From assembly GCA_964016885.1 (NCBI GenBank), contig CAXHJY010001105.1, forward strand, positions 248,001 through 312,000: a DNA stretch of 64,000 bases, given 5' to 3'. The position numbers were made by a program, and so were the translations under genes. The notes beneath the pieces were generated by a model, which was not told the DNA's origin, did not search any database, and saw nothing but the letters and a program-made list of their open reading frames with translations. Shown in pieces: positions 12,785 through 25,461 of the stretch; position 1 is the first letter of the stretch; each line of letters starts with the position of its first letter. This DNA comes from Eledone cirrhosa (taxonomy: Eukaryota).

Positions 12785-14832
12785 TATTATGTGAGGTAAA
12801 GCCTTTACTATGAAAATATAATAGTATATATAGAGTAATGTAAATGTTATGTGAGATATTATGTGAGGTAAAGCCTTTACTGTGACAATACAATAGTATA
12901 TATAGAGTAATGTAAATGTTATGTGAGATATTATGTGAGGTAAAGTCTTTACTATGAAAATACAATAGTATATATAGAGTAATGTAAATGTTATGTGAGA
13001 TATTATGTGAGGTAAAGCCTTTACTGTGAAAATACAATAGTATATATATAGAGTAATGTAAATGTTATGTGAGATATTATGTGAGGTAAAGCCTTTACTG
13101 TGAAAATACAATAGTATATATATAGAGTAATGTAAATGTTATGTGAGGTAAAGTCTTTACTGTGACAATACAATAGTATATATAGAGTAATGTAAATGTT
13201 ATGTGAGATATTATATGAGGTAAAGCCTTTACTGTGAAAATACAATAGTATATATAGAGTAATGTAAATGTTATGTGAGGTATTATGTGAGGTAAAGCCT
13301 TTACTGTGACAATACAATAGTATATATAGAGTAATGTAAATGTTATGTGAGATATTATGTGAGGTAAAGCCTTTACTGTGAAAATACAATAGTATATATA
13401 GAGTAATGTAAATGTTATGTGAGATATTATGTGAGGTAAAGCCTTTACTGTGACAATACAATAGTATATATAGAGTAATGTAAATGTTATGTGAGGTATT
13501 ATATGAGGTAAAGCCTTTACTGTGAAAATACAATAGTATATATAGAGTAATGTAAATGTTATGTGAGGTATTATGTGAGGTAAAGCCTTTACTGTGACAA
13601 TACAATAGTATATATAGAGTAATGTAAATGTTATGTGAGATATTATGTGAGGTAAAGTCTTTACTATGAAAATACAATAGTATATATAGAGTAATGTAAA
13701 TGTTATGTGAGATATTATGTGAGGTAAAGCCTTTACTGTGAAAATACAATAGTATATATATAGAGTAATGTAAATGTTATGTGAGATATTATGTGAGGTA
13801 AAGCCTTTACTGTGAAAATACAATAGTATATATATAGAGTAATGTAAATGTTATGTGAGGTAAAGCCTTTACTGTGACAATACAATAGTATATATAGAGT
13901 AATGTAAATGTTATGTGAGATATTATATGAGGTAAAGCCTTTACTGTGAAAATACAATAGTATATATAGAGTAATGTAAATGTTATGTGAGGTATTATGT
14001 GAGGTAAAGCCTTTACTGTGACAATACAATAGTATATATAGAGTAATGTAAATGTTATGTGAGATATTATGTGAGGTAAAGCCTTTACTGTGAAAATACA
14101 ATAGTATATATAGAGTAATGTAAATGTTATGTGAGATATTATGTGAGGTAAAGCCTTTACTGTGACAATACAATAGTATATATAGAGTAATGTAAATGTT
14201 ATGTGAGGTATTATATGAGGTAAAGCCTTTACTGTGAAAATACAATAGTATATATAGAGTAATGTAAATGTTATGTGAGGTATTATGTGAGGTAAAGCCT
14301 TTACTGTGACAATACAATAGTATATATAGAGTAATGTAAATGTTATGTGAGATATTATGTGAGGTAAAGCCTTTACTGTGACAATACAATAGTATATATA
14401 GAGTAATGTAAATGTTATGTGAGATATTATGTGAGGTAAAGCCTTTACTGTGACAATACAATAGTATATATAGAGTAATGTAAATGTTATGTGAGGTATT
14501 ATATGAGGTAAAGCCTTTACTGTGAAAATACAATAGTATATATAGAGTAATGTAAATGTTATGTGAGGTATTATGTGAGGTAAAGCCTTTACTGTGACAA
14601 TACAATAGTATATATAGAGTAATGTAAATGTTATGTGAGATATTATGTGAGGTAAAGCCTTTACTGTGACAATACAATAGTATATATAGAGTAATGTAAA
14701 TGTTATGTGAGGTATTATGTGAGGTAAAGCCTTTACTGTGACAATACAATAGTATATATAGAGTAATGTAAATGTTATGTGAGATATTATGTGAGGTAAG
14801 GCCTTTACTGTGACAATACAATAGTATATATA
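12785..14832. repeat. 72-bp satellite array (~28 units)
   Basis: Unit tattatgtgaggtaaagcctttactgtgaMaatacaatagtatatatagagtaatgtaaatgttatgtgaga; 24-aa periodic ORFs. Confidence 0.97.
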
Positions 14833-15179
14833 GGATAACGTCCATGAACTTGGTTGGTTTCACTTGGGGATGGTTGCTTCTGACAGGACCTACTGCAAGG
14901 AGTGTTGGAGGACTCTGCCCCCTCGACCTTCTCAGGATTAAGTGGGCGAAGAAAAAGAAAAGTTTGTTCTAAGACAAAGACTTATCCAGCTGGTGCTTAT
15001 CCTGGTTTCCTTGGAGATTACAAGACTTTCCTCTGGATAGGATGCCAGTGTATCGCAGGATTAACTCCCCAGCTACACCTGGTTCTTATCCCCGGTCTCC
15101 TTGGCTCTAACAGACTGTGAGTACAAGACACTCCCCTGGATAGGACACCAGTCCATCATAGAGTTAACTTCCCAGCTAC

Positions 15180-16355
15180 TCATCACATGTCCATACCATC
15201 TGTCTTCTCTCCCACACACCACATCTTATCCCTCTTATACACAGTTTCTCTCTCAACACACCACATGTCCATACCATTTCAGTCTTCTCTCCCACACACT
15301 ACAGTTTATCCCTCTTATACAGTTTCTCTCTCAACACATCACATGTCCATACCATTTCAGTCTTCTCTCCCACACACTACAGTTTATCCCTCTTATAGTT
15401 TCTCTCTCAACTCATCACATGTCCATGCCATCTGTCTTCTCTCCCACACACCACATCTTATCCCTCTTATACACAGTTTCTCTCTCAACACATCACATGT
15501 CCATACCATCTCAGTCTTCTCTCCCACACACTACAACTTATCCCTCTTATACACAGTTTCTCTCTCAACACATCACATGTCCATACCATCTCAGTCTTCT
15601 CTCCCACACACCACAACTTATCCCTCTTATACACAGTTTCTCTCTCAACACATCACATGTCCATACCATCTCAGTCTTCTCTCCCACACACAAAACTTAT
15701 CCCTCTTATACACAGTTTCTCTCTCAACACATCACATGTCCATACCATCCCAGTCTTCTCTCCCACACACCACAACTTATCCCTCTTATACCCAGTTTCT
15801 CTCTCAACTCATCACATGTCCATATCATCTCAGTCTTCTCTCCCACACACTACAACTTATCCCTCTTATACACAGTTTCTCTCTCAACACACCACATGTC
15901 CATACCAACGCAGTCTTCTCTCCCACACACCACAACTTATCCCTCTTATACACAGTTTCTCTCTCAACACATCACATGTCCATACCATCTCAGTCTTCTC
16001 TCCCACACACTACAACTTATCCCTCTTATACACAGTTTCTCTCTCAACACACCACATGTCCATACCATCTCAGTCTTCTCTCCCACACACCACAACTTAT
16101 CCATCTTATACACAGTTTCTCTCTCAACACATCACATGTCCATACCATCTCAGTCTTCTCTCCCACACACCACAACTTATCCCTCTTATACACAATTTCT
16201 CTCTCAACTCATCTATACTTGGTCGTTCACGCACATTGACATTGCACATCCTTCAGAGCATGCTTGCTTCATTTCTCTCCAGCCGTCGCATATCCTCCAC
16301 AGTTGCTGCCCATGTCTCACTACCATGCAGCATCACACATCTCACACAGGCATCA
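15180..16355 (-). repeat. 80-bp minisatellite (~13 units) derived from RTE coding sequence, with adjacent RTE fragment (16210-16355)
   Basis: Reverse complement of the unit encodes [26 protein letters not shown]; the flank encodes [10 protein letters not shown]...[11 protein letters not shown]. Confidence 0.92.
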
Positions 16356-16361
16356 TATATA

Positions 16362-16681
16362 TCATCATCATCATTTTACATCTGCTTTTCCCTGCTTGCA
16401 AGGGTGGGATGGGAACTGATTCTGGCCTGATTTCTACAGCTGGATGCCCTTCCTAACACCAACCTCATTTACAGTGAGTGCTGGGTGCTTTTTTGCCGTG
16501 GCACCTCCCCGACCACTTTGCAGTGGAATGATAGGGACTCCAGTCCCTATATTCTCATTTCTACAGCTGAGTAAACTCCGAGCAATGTGAAATAAAATGT
16601 CTTGCTCAAGGAAACAACACATCACCCGGTCTGAGAATTGAACTCACAACCTTTCGATTGCAAGCCCAATGCTCTAACCAC
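16362..16681 (-). mobile_element. tRNA-derived CORE-like SINE
   Basis: Reverse complement of the 18179-18521 family. Confidence 0.88.
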
Positions 16682-16691
16682 ATATATATAT

Positions 16692-16725
<34 letters not shown>

Positions 16726-16809
16726 ATGTATATGTATATATATATATATGTATATGTATATATATATATTTATATATATATATATATATGAGTATATATA
16801 TATATATAA

Positions 16810-17003
16810 CGGCGATGAATTAGTTTTGCGAGGTTTTTTATATGAAATCCTGTGTCAAAACAAATATATATATGGGGAGGGTCATATTTGTGTAATAATA
16901 TTGCCAGAAATAATAACAGAACACACTCACTGTTTGGTAACAGTGAGTGTGTTCTGTTATTAATTCTGGCAATATTATTACACAAATATGACCCTCCCCA
17001 AGT
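16810..17003. repeat. Hairpin with ~60-bp arms (16874-16999) plus one-sided extension, in (TA)n; PLE-terminus-like
   Basis: ggggagggtcatattt...cactgtt-tggt-aacagtg...aatatgaccctcccc; same terminus at 47103-47166. Confidence 0.85.
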
Positions 17004-17104
17004 ATATATATATATATACACACAACTATATTACACGGAGAGAAGTGTGTTACACAGTGAGATGTGTGTAAAGAATTATTACATGTGAGTTTAACCGTTA
17101 CTGT

Positions 17105-17782
17105 ATCATCATCATCATCATCATTTCATTTTACGTCCGCTTTTTCCCTGCTTGCAAGGGTGGGACGGGAACTGATTCTGGCTTGATTTCTACAGCTGGA
17201 TGCCCTTCCTAACACCAACCTCATTTACAGTGAGTGCTGGGTGCTTTCTTGCTGTGGCACCTCCACGACCACTTTGCAGTGGAATGATAGGGACCCCAGT
17301 CCCTATTATCTCATTTCTACAGCTGAGTAAACTGGAGCAATGTGAAATAAAGTGTCTTGCTCAAGGAAACAACACATCACCCGGTCTGAGAATTGAACTC
17401 ACAACCTTTCGATTGCAGTGGGGGCTGTGGGCGCATATTGTCTATATGCTTCAGCTTGTACCCATGGGAGGTCGGGTACTCTGTATTACTGCATGACGCC
17501 AGAGGTCACGGTCATGTGTCATCGCCTTTGAGAGGTGTAATTGGGTAAGGTCGGCTTTTATCACCTCATCCCAGGTCTTCTTGGGTCTCCCCACTCCGCG
17601 GTTTCCATCGACTTCTAGTGCTCTGCACCTTTTTATGCAGCTGTCATCCTTCATACGCATCACATGTCCATACCAGCGCAACCGCCTCTCCTGCACACAG
17701 CATTTGATTCCTCTTATGCTCAGTCTCTCTCTCAATTCATTTATGCTTTGTCATTCGCGTATATTACTGTTACACATCCATC
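17105..17782 (-). mobile_element. Chimera: RTE ORF end (17418-17782) joined to a SINE (17105-17417)
   Basis: ORF 17451-17735 [12 protein letters not shown]...; junction at shared ttgca inside the SINE tRNA head. Confidence 0.85.
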
Positions 17783-18178
17783 TGTATATCTTGATAAACC
17801 TTGAAATATCTCTTTAGACTTCCTTCAGAGTTCTAGATCTTGTGACATATGTGACATTGATAAATGTTGGTTGGTATATTCTATAGTCAGTAGGAAGTAC
17901 CGTATTGTCGGCTATTTAAGAGAGGTTGAAGTCCAGCCTATCACATCAGATTCTGACACAAACTGTTCAACTACAAACATATACATACATATATATACAT
18001 GCATATATATATATTTATATATATATATATATATATATCTGTGATATATATATATATATATCTGTTATATATATATATCTGTGATATATATATATATATC
18101 TGTGATATATATATATATATATATCTGTGATATATATATATATATATATATATCTGTGATATATATATATATATATAT

Positions 18179-18521
18179 GGAGGCACATGGCTTAGTTGTT
18201 AGAGCATTGGCCTTGCAATCGAAAGGTTGTGAGTTCAATTCTCACACCGGGTGATGTGTTGTTTCCTTGAGCAAGACACTTTATTTCACATTGCTCCAGT
18301 TTACTCAGCTGTAGAAATGAGATGATAGGGACTGGGGTCCATATCATTCCACTGCAAAGTGGTCGTGGAGGTGCCACGGCAAAAAAGCACCCAGCACTCA
18401 CTGTAAATGAGGTTGGTGTTAGGAAGGGCATCCAGCTGCAGAAATAAAGCCAGAATCAGTTCCCGTCCCACCCTTGCAAGCAGGGAAAAGCGGACTTAAA
18501 ATGATGATAAAATGATGATGA
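18179..18521 (+). mobile_element. Full-length tRNA-derived CORE-like SINE with RTE-derived 3' tail
   Basis: A box tggcttagttg, B box gagttcaattc, MIR-CORE-like ccttgagcaagacactt, 3' part matching the RTE 3' UTR, (tga)n tail. Confidence 0.9.
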
Positions 18522-19249
<728 letters not shown>

Positions 19250-19259
19250 GATAACATCC

Positions 19260-19368
19260 GTATTCTGATGATTTGATCAGGCAAACCCTGTAATTAAGGT
19301 TGAGTGACACAATTTCTAACGATCAGTGGCCTTTAGACTCACCTAATCAGTGAAACAATTGTTAATAC
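19260..19368 (+). ncRNA. Type I hammerhead ribozyme motif with palindromic minimal stem III
   Basis: gtatt-CTGATGA-ttTGATcAGG...CCTaATCAgt-GAAA-CAATTG-TT-aatac; stem I gtatt/aatac; followed by aataaa. Confidence 0.75.
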
Positions 19369-19403
19369 TGTAAATAAAACTATTTTTGTACAGCCGACCA
19401 CGT

Positions 19404-19437
<34 letters not shown>

Positions 19438-19441
<4 letters not shown>

Positions 19442-19724
19442 CTCAGACCGGGTGATATGTTGATTCCTTGAGCAAGACACTTTATTTCACATTGCTCCAG
19501 TTTACTCAGCTGTAGAAATGAGATGATAGGGACTGGGGTCCCTATCATTCCACTGTAAAGTGGTCGTGGAGGTGCCACGGCAAAAAAGCACCCAGCACTC
19601 ACTGTAAATGAGGTTGGTGTTAGGAAGGGCATCCAGCTGTAGAAATCAAGCCAGAATCAGTTCCCGTCCCACCCTTGCAAGCAGGGAAAAAGTGGACGTA
19701 AAATGAAATGATGATGATGATGAT
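19438..19724 (+). mobile_element. 5'-truncated CORE-like SINE
   Basis: Same family as 18179-18521. Confidence 0.88.
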
Positions 19725-19730
19725 ATATTT

Positions 19731-20205
19731 CGTTTCTGAATTTGTTTAGCAAGATTCTTTATCTGAAAACGTGTGTTGAAACCGATATTGTTATACTTTG
19801 GGAGGGTCATGTTGCCAATAAGAAACACACGCACCAGTTGCTTTCACTTCAATTTATTGTAAATTAAATTTATAAATTTCCGGTTGGTTGGTTGGTTCCA
19901 CAACCAGACGATTGTTCATATATTGTCAAAGTTCTTTCGTCACACATTCTGTGACCTCTTCAGTGACTGGGGATTCTTTTCTTTGTTTTTGTGCCTTTCC
20001 TTTGTTCTGTCCGAAAAGAATCCCCAGTCACTGAAGAGGTCACAGAATGTGTGACGAAAGAACTTTGACAATATATAAACAATCATCTGGTTGTGGAACC
20101 AACCAACCAACCGGAATTTATAAATTTATTATAATAAATTGAAGTGAAAGTAACTGGTACATGTGTTTTTTATTGGCAACATGACCCTCCCAAAGTATAA
20201 CAATA
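19731..20205. mobile_element. Palindromic unit (~190-bp arms) with a hammerhead motif in each arm (19925-19967 minus, 20027-20069 plus)
   Basis: gtca-CTGAAGA-g-gtcaca-gaatg-tgtgac-GAAA-gaact-t-tgac; arms end in atgaccctcccaaagtataacaat; related copy at 45580-46035. Confidence 0.8.
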
Positions 20206-20237
20206 TATATATGTGTATATATATATATATATATATA

Positions 20238-20425
20238 CAATGATATTAAATAAATGGAAACTATATTTATAAAACCATATTTATTCTATTATATATATTT
20301 CAAGGGCAACCAAGACAACATTGGTACGCTTTCATCAGATAAAATACAAAGTTTGTTTTATAAATAGAGACATACCCATGAAAATCATACCTTATCGGTT
20401 GGAAATTCACTGGATAGTGGAAATA
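20238..20425 (-). ncRNA. Family-B hammerhead-containing unit (motif 20282-20346)
   Basis: Minus strand tattttat-CTGATGA-aagcgtacc...ccctt-GAAA-tatatat-a-atagaata. Confidence 0.7.
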
Positions 20426-20864
20426 TATTAGGGATTATTCAAACTTATGTGTGAATATGCAAATGAATATGTAAATAATTGTAAAAGAACCGTTTATTTA
20501 AATGACACTGGAGAAAGAGAGAGAAAAAAGAGAGAAAAAATAAAAAAATATTACGAGAGAGATAGAGAGAAGAAATTAATAAGAGGATGAATAGAACTCG
20601 TGTAACGTTAATTTTGGGGAATATATTCTAAGTATATATCTACTAATGGTACGTGTATTTATGATTAATTAGTTGTTAAAATTCTTTTCTAATATAATTA
20701 CTGTTATAAGTAGATAGAAAAATAAATAGATAGAAAAATAGATAAAAAAATAAATGGAAAAATATATTGAAAAATCAATCAATAAATAGATAAATATATA
20801 AAAAGATAAATAAATGGATAGATGTGTATATCGTGTTATAGATAATTGTTTTAATGAGTTATGA

Positions 20865-21090
20865 GGGATATTGGTTTTATATTTAATGTAAGTAAATATT
20901 AAGTTAAATAAAATATATATTGGGATATTGGTTTTATATTTAATGTAAGTAAATATTAAGTTAAATTAAATATATATTGGGATATTGGTTTTATATTTAA
21001 TGTAAGTAAATATTAAGTTAAATTAAATATATATTGGGATATTGGTTTTATATTTAATGTAAGTAAATATTAAGTTAAATTAAATATATA
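20865..21090. repeat. 57-bp AT-rich tandem repeat, 4 copies
   Basis: gggatattgg at 20865, 20922, 20979 and 21036. Confidence 0.92.
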
Positions 21091-21185
21091 TATATATATA
21101 GTAATAATAATAAATTTGAAGACTAAAATCCAAAGAGGGCTCGATAAGCAGCGATTCTTTGCTTAAACTTTAATCTGTTATTTTA

Positions 21186-21231
<46 letters not shown>

Positions 21232-21239
<8 letters not shown>

Positions 21240-21578
21240 TGCCCCCTCATTATCGAGTATGGCCAGTGCACGAAGAAAAAAACAATAATAACAATAACGA
21301 CAATAATAATAATAATAAAATTATATATATATATACACACACACATACACACACATATACATATATATATATACATATACACAGACACACACGATAACTT
21401 ACAATCAGCAGCAACATTTTCCCATGTATCAGCAGAGATGTTAGCGTCTTTCAAAGAGGCTTTCAACAAATCCTTATACCTCTTTTTTGGTTTATGTGGA
21501 GGTCGTTTTCCTTTAACTAACTCTCCATAAAAGAGTTGTTTTGTTATCCTAGAATCCTTCATCCTGGCAAGGTGACTA
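21232..21578 (-). mobile_element. RTE (BovB-like) C-terminal fragment and 3' end
   Basis: HLARMKDSRITKQLFYGELVKGKRPPHKPKKRYKDLLK; 3' end tggccatactcgataatgagggggcagccatc. Confidence 0.8.
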
Positions 21579-21654
21579 CATACATACATACATACATATA
21601 TATATACATATATACATATATACATATATACATTTATATACATTCATACACAGT

Positions 21655-21842
21655 AAAAAGCACCCAGTCCACACTGTAAATGTGGTTGGTGTTAGGAAGG
21701 GCATCCAGCCGCAGAAAACCAGCCAGAAACAGTTCTATATGGGCGAGACATGGTCGCCTGACCCAACTTGCCTCTAAATGGAACAAACCCGTCTAACCCA
21801 TGCTAGCGTGGAAGATGGACGTTAAACAATGATGATGATGAT
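21655..21842 (+). mobile_element. RTE 3' UTR fragment (similar copy at 32152-32355)
   Basis: ggtgttaggaagggcatccag...cccgtctaacccatgctagc...(tga)n. Confidence 0.8.
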
Positions 21843-22089
21843 ATATATATACATATATATATGTGGTGCTATTAAGTTAGACATGGCCTGGGCCAATACT
21901 GACTAAAAGTTATCAAAATATATATATATATATATACGTGGGAAAGTAAGAAATCGGAGAATAGACTGTTAAAACATGTTTATTTAAAACAGCACCTATG
22001 TACGTTTCGCCCGGTTGGGCTTCTCAGGGGCATAAATAATCAAAAGTGTTCCTTACATTGCTCGGAAAGAGTTTATATATATATATATA

Positions 22090-22915
22090 TGATGGTTGCC
22101 CCCTTGTTATCGAGTATGACCATTGCACGATATACCATTATTAATAATTCTCAATTAATTCTATCGTGCAATGCCTGTGTGTGAAGATATGTTTTAAAGT
22201 GAGGAAAGACTGCACTGAGCCAATCCCACTCTCTGAGAGACAGTAGCTATAACCTGAACAGAAGAAAAGATCAACATCATCTGTAACTACTGAGCCGCAG
22301 GTTTTATATGGGAGTTATCCCAGTTTCCTGAGTTACCTTCTCCTAGAAGAAGGTCCTGAGAAAGGCTAGGGGTCCTTCACTCCCAGTGGTTTAACTGAGG
22401 GATCGGGTGTCCAGCCCGATTATTTCTATGTCCCCGTGCATATATACACATGCATACATGCACATACATATATATATACATATATGCATGTATATACATA
22501 TTTACACATTTTTGTGTACATACATACATATACGCATACATACACATATACATACATATCTACATATATGATGGCTGCAAACTCTAAGAGTGCTGCAATT
22601 GCTTGTCAGATTATAGAGTTTGGTGCACTTTTAGGCTACGGCCAGCCACACAAACCTGTAACAGATCCTGAACAAGCAATGCCTGTGCTTTGAAGGTTTT
22701 TTAAGTGGGGAAAGGCCTTGCACCTGACCAATCCCACTCTCTGAACATCGAAAACACTGCCCTAAAAGGAGAACTGGTCCCGCAGCGTGCCCAAATATCC
22801 CCTCCTCACCAAGCAAGCTTGGTGGGGTTGCTGGTTTAGTTGCCGACGACCTGACCAGGAGTCAGGTTGTACTGGGTCACATGTTACCAATAGCACTCGA
22901 GAGCGACCTGACATT
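22090..22915 (-). mobile_element. Two degenerate non-autonomous RTE-related elements (22090-22435, 22569-22915)
   Basis: Share caatcccactctctga and the 3' motif (g)gcaRccatc with the 24105-24712 element. Confidence 0.55.
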
Positions 22916-23368
22916 TTGCTTTAATCTGATCAGTTTGGGAAATTCTTCCTGTTTTATGTGAAAAAAAGTGGCTTGGAAGGTATAAAAATGTGGTTGGTTG
23001 TTGAATGTCACGTGAATAAGCACTTTAAATTCCGCACCAATTCATGTTGCAAAAATTCTTGTAGTCAAAACAATTTTGATTGGTCGGTAGAGGTCATGTG
23101 AATGTTAAAATTGATTTTAGCGCGAACTGGTTTGGTGCCAAATGTAGGTTTGTTGAAGAGTGTCTTTTTCCGCTTGATTGAGTTGCAGTCATGTTGAGAG
23201 GTCACTGAAAAATGTGTCTATTAAGACAAATATGTGTGTGTGTGTGTGTGTGTGTAGTAAAGTGGTTAATTCTTGTGATAATGGTCAATAGGGATGTGTG
23301 TGTACGTGTGTGAGTTGGTCATGTTGAAAGGTCAACAGTTCAGGTGTCTATAAAGACAAATGTGTGTA

Positions 23369-23405
<37 letters not shown>

Positions 23406-24067
23406 CAGAGTGGTTCATTGTTGTGATAATGGGAATGAATCAGTCAGTAGGTATGTGTGTGTGTGTGTGTGGGGGGGGGGGTTATTTTAACATGTTGAAA
23501 CATTTTTTTCAGCTCTTGTCTTATACGGAGAAGTGTGTGTGTGTGTGTGTGTGTGTGAATATGTCTGTCTGTATGTTAGTGTATGCGTGTGTATGTGTGT
23601 GTATGTGTGTGTGTGTGTGTGGATGGACCAGTATTTTTGTGATACTGGTAATAATGGTGTACATTATTCGATATTTTCAGTCATTTGCAAATACGATTCT
23701 CTCAAAAGAACATCAAAAACATCAATAATAAAAAAGGTGAAATGATGTATAGTATTGTCATAACACCAAGGTGTGTGTGAGTGTCCAGATTGTACGTACT
23801 GCAAGGGGAATCCATTAGGCTCTGCCGTATGGGAATACTTGTGTACAAATATGTATGCACCCATCAATGTGCAATGCATGTGTGTGTATGTGTATGTGTG
23901 CGTGTCGGCACGTGTATATCTATAAACATCAAAAGGTATGTGAATTTGTGTATATTTGTGTTGCACCATAGGACGTGTGTGTTTACGTATGTCATTGTGT
24001 TTATATGTGGATAGAGATGTATGTAGGATGCATGCTGATGTAGGTATATATATATGTATGCTGATGT

Positions 24068-24104
<37 letters not shown>

Positions 24105-24105
<1 letters not shown>

Positions 24106-24712
24106 TGGGATACATGTTACCAGTAGCACCAATGGGTGACCTGACATACAACCTCTCATGGTCGGGTCGTTGGCGACTAAACTGGCAACCCCACCAAGGT
24201 TTCTTGGTGAGGAGGGTGACTTTGGACATCCTGCAGGACTAAAATCAAAACCTGTCAAAGGGCAAAGGAGCTCTTAAGAGTCAATGGCCATCCAAAATCA
24301 CCAGGAGAGATGACCCCTTAGCCTTTGTCAAGGCAGAATTCTAGGAGAAGGAAAACTCTGATATAACACCTGCAACTCTGATGGTATCCAATGATGTTGA
24401 CTTGTTCTTCTTTTTGGTAAATATCATCTTGGTTAAGAGAGTGGGACTGGCTTTGTGCAGTGCCTTTGCTCACTATAAAAGCTTCACGGCACAGGCATTG
24501 CTTTATATCTGGAGATCTCTCTGCACTTGTCGTCACATGGTACCATGGGCTCAGCACTGTGTCAATAATTGTCACAAGTGTAGTGTTTGTACCAGAGTTT
24601 TCAAGTCGCTGGCTGGACTAAAAAGTCACACTCGTTCAGCGCATCGGTAGGGGTTCTCCTACATGGATATAAAGTAGTGGCCGTACTCGAAAACGAGTTG
24701 GCAGCCACCATA
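24105..24712 (+). mobile_element. Short internally deleted (bipartite) RTE-related element ending in a C2H2-finger-coding 3' end
   Basis: [22 protein letters not shown], then gtggccgtactcgaaaacgagttggcagccacc and (TA)n; the last ~175 bp are duplicated inverted at 25017-25192. Confidence 0.65.
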
Positions 24713-24856
24713 TATATATATATATATACATAGAAAGAAGAGATGCAATGAAAAATCACTTTCGGTGAAAGATAAACGGAATACAGAGTCAAGATAAAAT
24801 ATTAAAAAAATAATGAATAAAACAATGAAACAGTTCCTTATATTAAACAAAAAAAG

Positions 24857-25010
24857 TTCATTATTTAACGATCGTTTCTAGGATATATATGTGTTAGAAT
24901 TGGCATGCATATTCAACAGATCTATGTACAAAATTATACAAAATTATACAAACTATCAAAATTAAATATACATACCAACACATATATATGCCGTCTTCAG
25001 AAATAATGAA
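24857..25010 (-). ncRNA. Type I hammerhead motif with 10-bp stem I and long stem II
   Basis: Minus strand ttcattattt-CTGAAGA-cggc-atatatatgtgtt...aacacatatatat-ccta-GAAA-CGATCG-TT-aaataatgaa. Confidence 0.75.
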
Positions 25011-25214
25011 ACATACATGGTGGCTGCCAACTCGTTTTCGAGTATGGCCACTACTTTATATCCATGTAGGAGAACCCCTACCGATGCGCTGAACGAGTGT
25101 GACTTTTTAGTCCAGCCAGCGACTTGAAAACTCTGGTACAAACACTACACTTGTGACAATTATTGACACATAGTGCTGGGCCCATGGTACCTACATATAT
25201 ATATACATAGATAC

Positions 25215-25273
<59 letters not shown>

Positions 25274-25324
25274 CATACATATATATATATACATATATAT
25301 ATATACATATATATATATACATAC

Positions 25325-25382
<58 letters not shown>

Positions 25383-25407
25383 GTATATATATATGTATAT
25401 ATATATG

Positions 25408-25438
<31 letters not shown>

Positions 25439-25461
25439 GTATATATGTATATATATGTATA

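Noticed and set aside
17790-17960. ctgaagga / ctgatgt hammerhead-like starts on the minus strand
   Set aside because: No correctly placed GAAA or closing stems.
18179-18255. tRNA-Cys-like gene (ttgcaat loop)
   Set aside because: No acceptor stem, and always fused to the core and LINE tail: these are SINE heads.
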